This document shows positions 1-9,387 of a DNA stretch of 56,073 bases, in pieces. The position numbers and the translations under genes were made by a program. The DNA is from an uncultured Nitrososphaerota archaeon. GTDB lineage: Archaea > Thermoproteota > EX4484-205 > DTQO01. Each line of letters begins with the position of its first letter. Within the stretch, counting starts at the first letter, position 1. The stretch is from positions 1 through 56,073 of the forward strand of contig CAZWAU010000057.1 of assembly GCA_964631995.1 (NCBI GenBank). Direction: 5' to 3'. Under the pieces are notes generated by a model, which worked only from the letters and a program-made list of their open reading frames with translations, was not told the origin of the DNA and did no database searches.

Positions 1-320
1 AGGTGAGGTGGTGGAGAAGGTTGCTTCGATATTGCCTTTGGCCTCACGGTGGGCCTCTGGATTTGTCGCAGGCTTTTATCAAGAGGCTTTGGGCTTTTGG
101 ATGCCTTCAGCTTTGGAGCGGGGCTTTTGGCCTTATGGATCAGGCTACCAAAAACCTCGAATAGGTCACGCTGACCCATCGCGCGTACAGAAATTAGGAA
201 GAACAAGAAACCAAACAACGCAGGTACCATCGAACCGTAGATCAGGATGGAGTACCCTTGGAAACTTGAGGCTATTGCCAGAGCCAGAAAAAGGGCGAGA
301 GAGATGATCGAAAAAAACAT
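1..320 (-). CDS. partial membrane protein (C-terminus lies beyond window edge)
   Basis: An ATG at 320 on the minus strand opens a frame that stays open to position 1. The N-terminus MFFSIISLALFLALAIASSFQGYSILIYGSMVPALFGFLFFLISV reads as two TM helices, followed by a K/P-rich tail. It is absent from the ORF track because it has no stop in the window. I prefer it to the overlapping + strand ORF 8..307. Confidence 0.35.
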   Translation of the reverse strand, partial: MFFSIISLALFLALAIASSFQGYSILIYGSMVPALFGFLFFLISVRAMGQRDLFEVFGSLIHKAKSPAPKLKASKSPKPLDKSLRQIQRPTVRPKAISKQPSPPPH

Positions 321-875
321 GAACCGCTCAGACTTGTCCATTCCCAGCTACACGCAACGAATACGTAGAACCCACAAGTTAATAGCCCTTGCTAAACATC
401 GAGGCAAGCTAAAGATTTCTTGAAGTTGCCAAAAAGGACAGTAGCTTCCCAGTTAGCTTAAGATTCGGCCAGGGCGAGAACGAGTAGCCATCGAAACTTC
501 CTTAGCTGCGCTTCGTTGATAATGGTCGTTTCGAATAGCATCCTTCCACGCTTCTCACTCGAAGGAAAAATCGAGCAATTCAAGCGAAGCCAAGTAGATA
601 ATAGGCCAAATTTCGGGGATACGCTCCCAAGCATCAAGTTGGGAGGCGCTTTTTACTCCTTGGCTGTGATGGAACCTTGGCTTTGGATATCAAGGCCTCT
701 AATTCCATCGTTCAAAGATAAGGCTGATTCTGTTGATTAGCTGATCTGCCCTAAACTTGTCGGTAACTGCTGGTATGCTCCCTGCGCATCAAATACAAAA
801 GAAAGACGATACGATATTTTTATTCAGAAAGAACTGCAGCTTCGGAACTAAATTCAGCTCAGACTTTTTTTCTGG

Positions 876-1679
876 TCATTGTCCTTTCGTTTCGAGCGAC
901 AGTTCCTTGCCTCTTGCCATTACCTCCCGTTTCAACGATGTAAGAAGTTCAATGTACTTCCCCTCGCATATCTCTTCAGATTCACCAAAGACTATGACCT
1001 CTATTGGCAGACCGGTCTTTTGGTTGTACTCACCAATGAGGGGCTTGAAGTAGGTCCCGTCGTGGGACCGAGCGAGGTTCTCTAAAATTGGTGAGATTTC
1101 AGATTCGTACATTGTAACGAATATCCGGCGCGACAGGCTCCTGTATCCGGTAGCCTCCGCAATCCTCTTGGAGAGATGAGCTGCAAAGCAGCCCTGCATC
1201 TCCTTCGGAGGGCCTGGCAGAGCTGCCAACAAAGTTGAACCTACCGTTACGATTGTTGTTGGCGCCCAACCAACTGGATTTGGCAGGCACTCAGCTCCCT
1301 CGACGGTCCTAGCCATAGCTTTAAGGCCAGGCGATAGGCTGTCTACATCTACGCCCCTTCTCTCTGCCATCTTTCTAAGTATGTTGCCATCGGTAACGAC
1401 TTTGCGCCCTAAGAGCTTTGAGATAGCTTCTATCGTCCTGTCATCAAATGTTGGTCCAAGTCCGCCCGTAATGAAGATGAAGCGGGGCTTCCTTTTCAAG
1501 CTATCTGAAAGAGCTGCGCAAAGGTCATCGATGCTATCCCTCAAACATGTGATCCTGTTGACGATCAGTCCTAACTTCGTAACCTGATCCGCAAGCCAGA
1601 AAGAGTTCGTATCGTAGACTCGGCCGTAACACAGCTCATCACCTATTGCGAAGATTTCCGCATCGATCAGTTCTATCAT
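876..1679 (-). CDS. CinA-like MoCF/molybdopterin-binding domain protein (COG1058-type)
   Basis: The N-terminus IFAIGDELCYGRVYDTNSFWLADQ and FIFITGGLGPTFDDRT match the CinA/MoaB-fold signature. Confidence 0.75.
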   Translation of the reverse strand: MIELIDAEIFAIGDELCYGRVYDTNSFWLADQVTKLGLIVNRITCLRDSIDDLCAALSDSLKRKPRFIFITGGLGPTFDDRTIEAISKLLGRKVVTDGNILRKMAERRGVDVDSLSPGLKAMARTVEGAECLPNPVGWAPTTIVTVGSTLLAALPGPPKEMQGCFAAHLSKRIAEATGYRSLSRRIFVTMYESEISPILENLARSHDGTYFKPLIGEYNQKTGLPIEVIVFGESEEICEGKYIELLTSLKREVMARGKELSLETKGQ

Positions 1680-1734
1680 CCAGCCATCCGCTATGGCAGT
1701 ATAAATCGATTGGATTTAATCTGCTGAGAAATCA

Positions 1735-2883
1735 TCAACGAAATGTGGATGCAATTTTAAGGGTCCTACCGGTCCTAGATGATTGGATCGACTTTATCAT
1801 TATCTCACTTACGTGCTTTCCCCACTCTATGCTTGGAAGGGGGTCTCTATCGTTAACTATGCAATCCAGAAAATGCTCAGTTGAAGCAATGTAGTAGTTC
1901 CACGCCGGAACCTCCTCTCTAGGAATGTGATACCAGCCTTCAGGTTTGAAATATTTGCTGTCCTCCTTGATTGTAAGGATCGAGAGAGGTGATGGCCCAC
2001 CAATGAATAGAGCACCTTTGTCACCATATATCTCTATGTGTGGCATATTTCCTATACCTCTCCGCAATCCATCTGGCGTTACGAAGTTTGCAATTATGCA
2101 CCCAATGCTTCCGTTCTTCATGTTAAGTAGTGTTAAGGTGTTGTCCTCGGCCCCCATCCTTATCCTTTGGCTTGGCTTTATCGTGTCCAGCCTACTCCAG
2201 AAGGGTTCGTAGGGTTTCCGGGCAAGATGCTCTGTGAAAAATTCGTCTGGGACGATATACCTCTCGGGGATCGAAATCTTTGCGATGCCCGTAACTTTAA
2301 TTGCTGGTCCTAGGAGATATGTCAAGGCAGCAATATCATAAACGCCAAGGTCGTAGAGAGGACCCCCAGCGGTCTTCGTGAAGAACGTCTTCTCGCTCCA
2401 AGTCGGAGGACCTCTACCCAAGCCAGCCCTAAACCAATATATGTCGCCTATCACCTTTTCTTCGAGAATGCTCTTCGCCTTTTTGTACAGGGGATCCTGC
2501 TGGACATTCGGTTCTACGAGAACCTTAACCCCTGCCTTTCTCACTGCCCTATGGACAGCCTCAAGGTCCTTGATGTTCGTGGCCAGTGGTTTCTGAACAA
2601 GCACGTGCTTTCCAGCCCTTGCTGCCTTTGCGACGTGCGCTGCGTGCATCCCCATTCCTGTCAGGACGAAGACCGCCTCGATGTCGGCCTTCCTCAGCAT
2701 GTCTTCAAGGCTCGAGTACCACTCCTTCGCACCCCAGAGCTCCATGCTCCTCTTGGCCCTTTCAGGTATGATGTCGCAGGTGGCCACAAGTTCGGCCTTT
2801 TCCCTTAAAGTTGGAAGATACACCTCGTTGGCTATAACACCACAGCCCAGAACGCCGCACTTCACGCGCCTTTCATTGGACAT
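1735..2883 (-). CDS. Gfo/Idh/MocA family NAD(P)-dependent oxidoreductase
   Basis: It has an N-terminal Rossmann segment VKCGVLGCGVIANEVYLPTL and an EKP-like motif VLVQKPLA. Length is 382 aa. Confidence 0.85.
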   Translation of the reverse strand: MSNERRVKCGVLGCGVIANEVYLPTLREKAELVATCDIIPERAKRSMELWGAKEWYSSLEDMLRKADIEAVFVLTGMGMHAAHVAKAARAGKHVLVQKPLATNIKDLEAVHRAVRKAGVKVLVEPNVQQDPLYKKAKSILEEKVIGDIYWFRAGLGRGPPTWSEKTFFTKTAGGPLYDLGVYDIAALTYLLGPAIKVTGIAKISIPERYIVPDEFFTEHLARKPYEPFWSRLDTIKPSQRIRMGAEDNTLTLLNMKNGSIGCIIANFVTPDGLRRGIGNMPHIEIYGDKGALFIGGPSPLSILTIKEDSKYFKPEGWYHIPREEVPAWNYYIASTEHFLDCIVNDRDPLPSIEWGKHVSEIMIKSIQSSRTGRTLKIASTFR

Positions 2884-3105
2884 TTAATCTTCGCATTCCA
2901 ATCGAATAAACGTTTGATTTAAGGTTATCCCGTCAAGAAAAAACGTTTTTTGGCTTAAGCAATGAAATTGGGCTTAAAACTCTTTTCGTATATCTTTCAG
3001 GCCTATTTCGCTTGAAACAGGCGTTCGAAAATATTGTGAAGAGGATACGATATCGTGAATAATCGGATTCGTGCCTTCAAGCTCTTCGATTCGGAATTGC
3101 ATGAT

Positions 3106-3963
3106 CTAGGCTGAGTCTATCGCTGAGCGCAAGAAGGTAAGTTCCTCCTTCAGTTTTTTCTCCGCTGGCAGATCCCTGAAATCCTCGACAGATATGAACT
3201 TATCATATCCAACAGCCTTCAGATCTTGGATTGCTTGCTTCACATCAAGGAGACCCTCTGCCAGAGGAGTGCCTTCCCAATGCCATCTGATCGTTCCATC
3301 GGCTTGGCGGGGGCCTGGCTTCGGAGCACTCCCCCCAAGATGGACATGACCTACATATGGCCCCAGCAATTCCAGCGCCATCCTGGGATTCTCGTATCCT
3401 TCTTGAATGATATTTGCGAGGTCGTATATGACGCCGATCTCTGATGGCTCGAATTGAGACACGAACCTATGCGCAAGACCGCTGCTCACGAAGATCGTCC
3501 CGACATGCATCTCAATTAAAATTCGGACGCCATAGCTTCTCGTTACGTCCAAAGCTTTCGAGAATGCCTCTGTAGCTTCTGAGAAAAGCTCATTGTAGTT
3601 TGCAGTGCGGTCGTAATTTCTAGGAGCCACTATGCGTATGAATGGAGCTTTAGATCCTGCAGCCCCTCTTGCAAGGAGCTCGACATCCTTCAGATTGTTG
3701 GCTGGCGCGTTGCTAGCTATACCAGCTATCGCGATTTTAAAGCGCTTGGATACGTCGACAAGCTTCTCTGGGTTCTCGGCGAACATCTCGGGGGTATAGT
3801 CGTTCTTGACATTGCCCCAGGGCGTAAAGGGTTGGCCCCTTGCTCCCTCCGGTATTCTCCTAACTCTCCACTCTGCTCCGTCATATCCGAGGCTTGAAAG
3901 TAATGCGGCCGTCTCCTCCATATCATATTGGGGCAGCATTACTGTTGTAGCTGAAATTCTCAA
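3106..3963 (-). CDS. sugar phosphate isomerase/epimerase (xylose isomerase-like TIM barrel)
   Basis: The N-terminus and LIEMHVGT / HVHLGG metal-ligand-like segments are typical of the AP-endonuclease-2/xylose-isomerase TIM family. Confidence 0.8.
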   Translation of the reverse strand: MRISATTVMLPQYDMEETAALLSSLGYDGAEWRVRRIPEGARGQPFTPWGNVKNDYTPEMFAENPEKLVDVSKRFKIAIAGIASNAPANNLKDVELLARGAAGSKAPFIRIVAPRNYDRTANYNELFSEATEAFSKALDVTRSYGVRILIEMHVGTIFVSSGLAHRFVSQFEPSEIGVIYDLANIIQEGYENPRMALELLGPYVGHVHLGGSAPKPGPRQADGTIRWHWEGTPLAEGLLDVKQAIQDLKAVGYDKFISVEDFRDLPAEKKLKEELTFLRSAIDSA

Positions 3964-4420
3964 ATCCTTCGCGGCAAAGATGCTACGCCTCCCTTATCTC
4001 GGTTGCGTTTCCTTTGAAGTGGAATGGTTAAAATCGCAAGCAAAGCCTGGTGTGCGTGTGGGGGCCATTTACCATCATGGTCTTATTGCCTGTGCATCCC
4101 ATCGACACCAATTCCGCTATCCAGATTATCACATGAAGGTTTAGAGGGCCGATGTTGGAAATTTTCGACTAATAAAATTTCACCTAGAGATAAGATATGG
4201 GCAGCGTTGATATTCCAAGGGCGATTGTGCTTTGGTGCTGTCATAAAGTTCCTTCGACGCGTTGGCACCTAGGCACCCTCACCTCCACTGGCAAGAACTT
4301 TCGATGTCGATTCCGAACTATGTTCACTCCATCCTTTGTTGGAAAACTAAATTAAGACCATGCTTCCTCAAGGGCTAAAAAAGGCGTATTGCGGGGGGCA
4401 GTTGACTTATATCCTACCTT

Positions 4421-4693
4421 TTGCCACTCCGCATGGGGTCGAAGTTGACGCTGACGGACCTAGGAATCCTCCTGATCCTCCTCGGCTTCGGCACGGCATT
4501 TGTGGGCGTTCTCTTGTCGATACTCTCCACCCAAAGGGCTCGAGACAAGCAGATCAAGGCGGGTGGCTTTGTAATGATAGGCCCCATTCCGATCGTGTTT
4601 GGTTCTGACAGGAAGTGGATCGGCTTGGCTGCCATACTGGTCATGGCCTTCCTCTTCTTCGTTTTTATCTTGAAGGGAGGTGTCGGTCTTTGA
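4421..4693 (+). CDS. small membrane protein, DUF131/TIGR00304-like
   Basis: It has two TM segments and the motif GGFVMIGPIPIVFGSD. The ATG at 4433 is the more likely start, because a CTTATATCC box lies at 4406-4414. Confidence 0.6.
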   Translation: MPLRMGSKLTLTDLGILLILLGFGTAFVGVLLSILSTQRARDKQIKAGGFVMIGPIPIVFGSDRKWIGLAAILVMAFLFFVFILKGGVGL

Positions 4694-5004
4694 TCGAAAC
4701 TCGCAATGAATTCTCGGAACTGGGATTCAGACTAATTATCCTTGGTTTTGTGCTGAGCCTTATCGGATTCGTACTTGTCGCGATCTCTTCTTATCAGTTG
4801 CCCGACTCTTCAACCTCGACAGCGATCGTGATCTTCATAGGGCCTATACCGATAATTTTGGGAAAAGGTCCACTTTGGTCAGAACTCATTGCCATCGGCC
4901 TCTTCGTGATAGCCCTCATGGTCCTGATATTCGCTTTCCTAAGATCTAGACAGGCAGAACAGGAAGTTGCGCAGGAACCAGTCCGTAAAGAAAGTGTTCG
5001 CTGA
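4690..5004 (+). CDS. second DUF131/TIGR00304-like small membrane protein (tandem paralogue)
   Basis: It carries the same signature (VIFIGPIPIILGKGP). The track ORF starts at 4615 and overlaps the upstream gene. A TTG at 4690 overlaps the upstream TGA (4691-4693) and gives a paralogue-sized product. Confidence 0.55.
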   Translation: MIETRNEFSELGFRLIILGFVLSLIGFVLVAISSYQLPDSSTSTAIVIFIGPIPIILGKGPLWSELIAIGLFVIALMVLIFAFLRSRQAEQEVAQEPVRKESVR

Positions 5005-5010
5005 GGTGGT

Positions 5011-5493
5011 TCAGCTGGCCAACTGCTTGTCAAGTCCTGATAGGTATGTTTCCGCCTTTTGTAAAACTTCTTTGGAAGAGCGGAACGTTATTCTTTCGAA
5101 GGCGGCCTTGCTGTCGAGCCAATCGAAAGCTATGTGCTCGCTTGAAAGCTTAACATCTTTCGTCTTAGTTTCAGCCAGAAGATAAATTACCTCCTTGTAT
5201 ATCGTTTTTCCGCCTCTCTTGTAGAAGTACTTTACTTTCTGTTTGAAACCCGGTATGAAAATGATGTTCCTTATTCCCGTCTCTTCATTCACCTCCCTCC
5301 TGGCAGCGGTTTCGACCGTCTCGCCTCTCTCAATATTTCCCTTTGGGAAGTCCCAGTGGCCGGCCTCGTAGTGGAGGAGGAGGTACTGCCTGGTTGTATC
5401 TCGTCTGAATATGACGGCTCCTGCAGAGAATTCCTTAGGCATTCTTTGGCGAACCATATCGTATGACAGACCACCTATATTTACAATTACCAC
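5011..5493 (-). CDS. NUDIX hydrolase
   Basis: The Nudix box is GNIERGETVETAARREVNEETGI (GX5EX7REUXEEXGU). Confidence 0.9.
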   Translation of the reverse strand: MVIVNIGGLSYDMVRQRMPKEFSAGAVIFRRDTTRQYLLLHYEAGHWDFPKGNIERGETVETAARREVNEETGIRNIIFIPGFKQKVKYFYKRGGKTIYKEVIYLLAETKTKDVKLSSEHIAFDWLDSKAAFERITFRSSKEVLQKAETYLSGLDKQLAS

Positions 5494-5540
5494 CCTGTTC
5501 TAAGGTTGCTCTTGTTTTGTGAGCTGAACACATGGAGAAG

Positions 5541-6566
5541 CTAGATCTTTCGGTAGGCCTCTATCAAAGTCTTCCATGAGCTTTCTGGGTCCTCGCATGA
5601 GTATATCGAGCCAGGACCACCACGGTATGACCATGTTGCTACAGAGTCTGCGCCAAGTTTGGCAGCTTCTATAACAGTGGGGACGATGATCTCCCTTTCC
5701 CTTCCTCTTGGAACTTTTATCAGCGCTACCCATATCTGAGCCAACATACCATTTTTGTAGGCAAAATCCACGCATCTTTTACTCCAGTCCACGAACCACT
5801 CGAACTTCTTCCCGCTCCATGCCCAGTAAGGATCGGTTGCGAATGTCCTAAGGTTCTTAAAACCTTTCACAGGTTCCCACGATCTGAAACCATGGATACC
5901 TGTTAGGTCTGGCATGAGGCAGAGCTGATTTTCAATCTTTGGATCCACAGCTTGAGCAGCATCGAAGAGGCTTTCAAGAAGGCGGTATGCTGACCTCTCT
6001 CGAAACTCCAATACCTCTGGCGTAAGGTGCCTTGGTAGATCACTTCGATAATATCTTCTGTACTCCTCTTTACAGTTCTCACAGCAACAACACCAGATTT
6101 CAGGCCATTTTGGGCTTTGGGCGAAATGTGGTTCATCCCAGAACATCCCATCCGGCTCAAGGTACCTAATAATTTCTTGGGCGGTATTTGTCAGCCAGGC
6201 TACATAGCTGGAATTGCTCGGGCAACCTCTGTTCCAGGCTCTATTTCCCTGGTTGTCGATTTGGCAACACTCCGGATGTTCCGCCAAGAAGTAGCTGTGC
6301 GGTCCTGCAAATTGGCCGAAACCGTGCATGTCGACAAAAACTTTTAACTGCAGGTCGTGCGCAACCTTGACAGTATTTTTGGCCACATCCCTGTAACGCC
6401 ACCAATCTAGTTCATTGACGCAGAACGTGATGCTTGTGAAGCCCCCCTCTGCTATCTCCTTCAGATCATTGAACGCATGGTGAGGATAGTAGCTGCCGAG
6501 ATACGCGATGTTCTTGTCGATAGGCATGAACTGCCATAAATTATAGTGGACATAAAATTTACCCAT
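5541..6566 (-). CDS. glycoside-hydrolase-like TIM-barrel protein (GH42-like Cys cluster)
   Basis: WDEPHF and the Cys cluster WCCCCENCKEEYRRYY resemble the GH42 catalytic-domain Zn/Cys region. At 341 aa it is shorter than canonical GH42. Confidence 0.5.
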   Translation of the reverse strand: MGKFYVHYNLWQFMPIDKNIAYLGSYYPHHAFNDLKEIAEGGFTSITFCVNELDWWRYRDVAKNTVKVAHDLQLKVFVDMHGFGQFAGPHSYFLAEHPECCQIDNQGNRAWNRGCPSNSSYVAWLTNTAQEIIRYLEPDGMFWDEPHFAQSPKWPEIWCCCCENCKEEYRRYYRSDLPRHLTPEVLEFRERSAYRLLESLFDAAQAVDPKIENQLCLMPDLTGIHGFRSWEPVKGFKNLRTFATDPYWAWSGKKFEWFVDWSKRCVDFAYKNGMLAQIWVALIKVPRGREREIIVPTVIEAAKLGADSVATWSYRGGPGSIYSCEDPESSWKTLIEAYRKI

Positions 6567-6587
6567 GAATCAGCCGGAGCATGAAGG

Positions 6588-6596
6588 AAAATTTTT
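6588..6596. repeat. target-site duplication AAAATTTTT (left copy)
   Basis: This 9-mer is identical to the one at 7947-7955 and lies immediately outside the IS terminal inverted repeat. Confidence 0.75.
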
Positions 6597-7946
6597 GGTC
6601 CTGTTCAATTGTCGGTTAGGTGTGCTGTGATCGCGGTCAAGCATCTCCTCGGATGGATATATGCCTTCCAGAATGCTTTGTAGAGCTTCGGGTTCGTGTA
6701 CCTCACGAGTATGATGCGGAGCATGTTCTCTAAGCCATCAGTGCTCCAGTGCATCCACCTGTCCTTGCATCTCTTTGCTACCTCTCCCATCAGGCGCTCG
6801 ATTACGTTAGAGGTGTATGGTATGATCTTTCCCTCCAGTGCAAGCTTCGCGAATGTTACCATCAGCATCGCATTCTTAGCTATGAACATCGCAGCTGTTT
6901 TATAGCCATCCCGCTTGAGCTTCCTCGCTATGCTGTAGAGCTTCTTTAGCGTAGCTTTAATCCTCCTCCTGAGCCTGCGCTTGTTCCCATCTGCGAGGTG
7001 CTTTCTGACCGATTTGACGAGCGCGAAGAGCGCGTTCTTCATTCTCTCAGAGATCATATTTCTCTCCTCTTTGCCCATGCCCTCACCCCAGAGCTTGAAG
7101 AGCGTCTCCTTTATCGCGTGCACGATATCGAGCTGCCTTTCCATGTCTCCCTGCAGGCTGAGGTTCATGCTCCTCTCGGCGTCCGACACCATAACCATTG
7201 AGCCCTTCATCACGCGCGATGCAGCGAGCCTCTCGCCGACCTCATCCCAGGATCTGTTCACAGAAGCAGCTAAGAGCCTCTTTGAGCCATCTGCCGGATC
7301 GCAGCCTATTACAACGTTCACCTCGTTCTTCTCCTTTCTGCCTGTGCCGTGCACCTTCGTTCCATCCGATATGATCACTGTGCTCCTGCTCCGCTTCACA
7401 TTCTCCCCGTTTGCCTTGGCTAGCTTAGGCGCTATCTCAGCGAGGAAGCTGTGTACCGTCCTCTTGGGTATGCTAAGGCCTATGGTATTCTCTATCTCCT
7501 CGCTGGCATCTGCATAGGAGAGCCTCGATGCCGCATCCACGCAAAGCATGCGAACGTCGAGCGCGTACTTCCTTCCCCTTATGCCGAGCGCGTCGAGCAT
7601 GGGAGAGCATATCCTGCCGTCTAGCGATGACCTGACCTTCACTACCCTGAGCTCTATTGTGCCTAGCCTGGTAACCAGCCTCCTCCTGTAGCTTCCAGCT
7701 ACATAGAAGGCCCTCCTCCCGTCGCACGCGATGTTGGATAGAGAATCGATCAACTTGTCCTGTTTGTACTCTATCAGGCGCTTCAGCTCATCCTTGCTTT
7801 GGTTGTGGACTTCGTCGGTCATGCTGGAAAGGTCTATATCCAACCGATCGACCTTATTCACCTGGCTTACTTCCTCCTTGTTTTGTGTCACTCACAGCAC
7901 AGGGAGGCTGTAAGCCTCTTAATCTAACCGACTATTGAACGCGACC
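6597..7946 (-). mobile_element. insertion sequence, 1350 bp, single transposase gene
   Basis: The terminal inverted repeats are GGTCCTGTTCAATTGTCGGTTAG (6597-6619) and the reverse complement of 7924-7946, GGTCGCGTTCAATAGTCGGTTAG. They match at 20/23 positions. The element is flanked by a 9-bp direct repeat. Confidence 0.8.
6605..7891 (-). CDS. DDE-type transposase (family not resolvable by eye; IS256/ISH6/ISLre2-like layout)
   Basis: This 428 aa ORF fills the IS. Segments VIISDGTKVHG ... VVIGCD ... VMVSDAERS fit spaced acidic catalytic residues. Its stop lies inside the inverted repeat. Confidence 0.75.
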   Translation of the reverse strand: MTQNKEEVSQVNKVDRLDIDLSSMTDEVHNQSKDELKRLIEYKQDKLIDSLSNIACDGRRAFYVAGSYRRRLVTRLGTIELRVVKVRSSLDGRICSPMLDALGIRGRKYALDVRMLCVDAASRLSYADASEEIENTIGLSIPKRTVHSFLAEIAPKLAKANGENVKRSRSTVIISDGTKVHGTGRKEKNEVNVVIGCDPADGSKRLLAASVNRSWDEVGERLAASRVMKGSMVMVSDAERSMNLSLQGDMERQLDIVHAIKETLFKLWGEGMGKEERNMISERMKNALFALVKSVRKHLADGNKRRLRRRIKATLKKLYSIARKLKRDGYKTAAMFIAKNAMLMVTFAKLALEGKIIPYTSNVIERLMGEVAKRCKDRWMHWSTDGLENMLRIILVRYTNPKLYKAFWKAYIHPRRCLTAITAHLTDN

Positions 7947-7955
7947 AAAATTTTT
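7947..7955. repeat. target-site duplication AAAATTTTT (right copy)
   Basis: It is identical to 6588-6596. Confidence 0.75.
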
Positions 7956-7981
7956 GGACCTGTCTTCTGCTCCATCAGCGC

Positions 7982-9316
7982 CTAGGTGCTAGTACTGGAA
8001 AAATGAGAGACACCAAAGAGGCTTGACTTTTGCTTCAATCCATATTTCCTGCATGCTTCGAAGTAGCTCTCAAGATTTTCGATCGGAACGTTGTCTGGTA
8101 TGGATCCGGTAACATTTATGAAGTACCCTGGACAATGGCCTGCAACGCTGAGACACCTCGTCACCTCTCGAACCGCATCCTCGCGTTTTCCGAAAGTTAT
8201 AGCCTTGAGGTCGACGTTCCCCATTATAATTTTATCATACCCATATCGATCGACGGCACTTTCAAGGTTACAGCTTGGCTCCAAGATGAAGCCGTCAGCA
8301 CCTGCCTTCGCAATATCATCAATTATCTTGTCGATGTTTCCATCTGAGCAGAAGATTACGCGTATTCCCCTTGCCTTAAGTATTTGCCAGAGCCGCTCAT
8401 ACCATGGGAAGATATACCTGCGAAGCCAGCTGGGATTCATGATCGGGCCTTCAGTCATGCAGATGTCGTCGTGGCTAATGAATGCCTTGATTTCGCACAT
8501 CGACCAGGCCTTAAAGTCCTGTAACGAGATCTCTGCGAATCGGCTGAGCAATTTCTCAAATCTCCTCGGATCTCGAGCTGCTGCTCTTATCGTCCACTCA
8601 AGGCCGAAGTGCATCACACACCACATGAATGCCGTGCAGTAGTACCCTCCTGGGACCAGTTGGCTTCGATACAGTTTTTGGTGATGAGCATGTGTTTGGC
8701 TGAACATTTCAAAAACCTTATCGAATGAAAGGCCGCCAAGGCTTGGCTCGTAATTGAGGACATCCTCCTCCGATGAAACTTTGTGTTCGAGCCTCCACGT
8801 GCTTGGATATAACTTCGACCAGTTTTCCCTTTCGGTGAAACTTTTTCGATTCGCTTTCCTTGCCTCAGCATAAGGATCGATCGATTGTTGGGTATAGAAG
8901 ATCATGTCCGTGTCGAGCCTCTCGTATGTTTTGGCCAGAGCTTTTTCCGGATTTAAGAAAGGATCGAAACCTGCTAGTTTTCTTATCAGGTCTGTGTGGA
9001 AGATATATTCTATCTGTGCAACCCTGTCGGTGTCCTCAAGGTAAATTGCAGATAGCGCCCTTTCATAGCACATATGCCATTTCCGCAGGATAACGAACCG
9101 TAATGCCTTAAATATCATTTTGCGCAGCACCTTTGGATTTTTCCAAACCGATGGAACAGAAGGCAGATAAAGCACATAATTTGCACCATTTGCCATGGCA
9201 AGCGGCACGAAGTTTAGTGGAATCATCATTATCGTGCTTGCAGCAGTTCTGGGCTTCTCGATGACGCTGATCCCGCCGCCATATAATTCGATCGTTCCTT
9301 TCGTCGCTGTCGGCAT
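7982..9316 (-). CDS. uroporphyrinogen decarboxylase (URO-D) family protein, MtaA/CmuA-like
   Basis: The C-terminal half (HDDICMTEGPIMNPSWLRRYIFPWYERLW..IRVIFCSDGNIDKII..AGADGF) is typical URO-D fold. The track ORF extends to 9547 and overlaps the divergent gene. The internal ATG at 9316 (MPTATKG) removes the overlap. Confidence 0.7.
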   Translation of the reverse strand: MPTATKGTIELYGGGISVIEKPRTAASTIMMIPLNFVPLAMANGANYVLYLPSVPSVWKNPKVLRKMIFKALRFVILRKWHMCYERALSAIYLEDTDRVAQIEYIFHTDLIRKLAGFDPFLNPEKALAKTYERLDTDMIFYTQQSIDPYAEARKANRKSFTERENWSKLYPSTWRLEHKVSSEEDVLNYEPSLGGLSFDKVFEMFSQTHAHHQKLYRSQLVPGGYYCTAFMWCVMHFGLEWTIRAAARDPRRFEKLLSRFAEISLQDFKAWSMCEIKAFISHDDICMTEGPIMNPSWLRRYIFPWYERLWQILKARGIRVIFCSDGNIDKIIDDIAKAGADGFILEPSCNLESAVDRYGYDKIIMGNVDLKAITFGKREDAVREVTRCLSVAGHCPGYFINVTGSIPDNVPIENLESYFEACRKYGLKQKSSLFGVSHFSSTST

Positions 9317-9387
9317 ATTCGTTCCGATCGCAAAGGTTCTCAACTGGTAGAGGGCCTTGGAACAGCTGAAGAGGATATGGGAATGGC

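Noticed and set aside
8-307. A 99 aa + strand ORF at the window start.
   Set aside because: It has Gly/Trp/Arg-rich odd composition. The opposite strand encodes a convincing two-TM N-terminus that stays open to the window edge.
516-740. A 74 aa ORF in the 550-bp gap between the edge gene and the CinA-like gene.
   Set aside because: It has no motif, no promoter box and unremarkable composition. The gap may hold a decayed gene, but nothing here can be supported.
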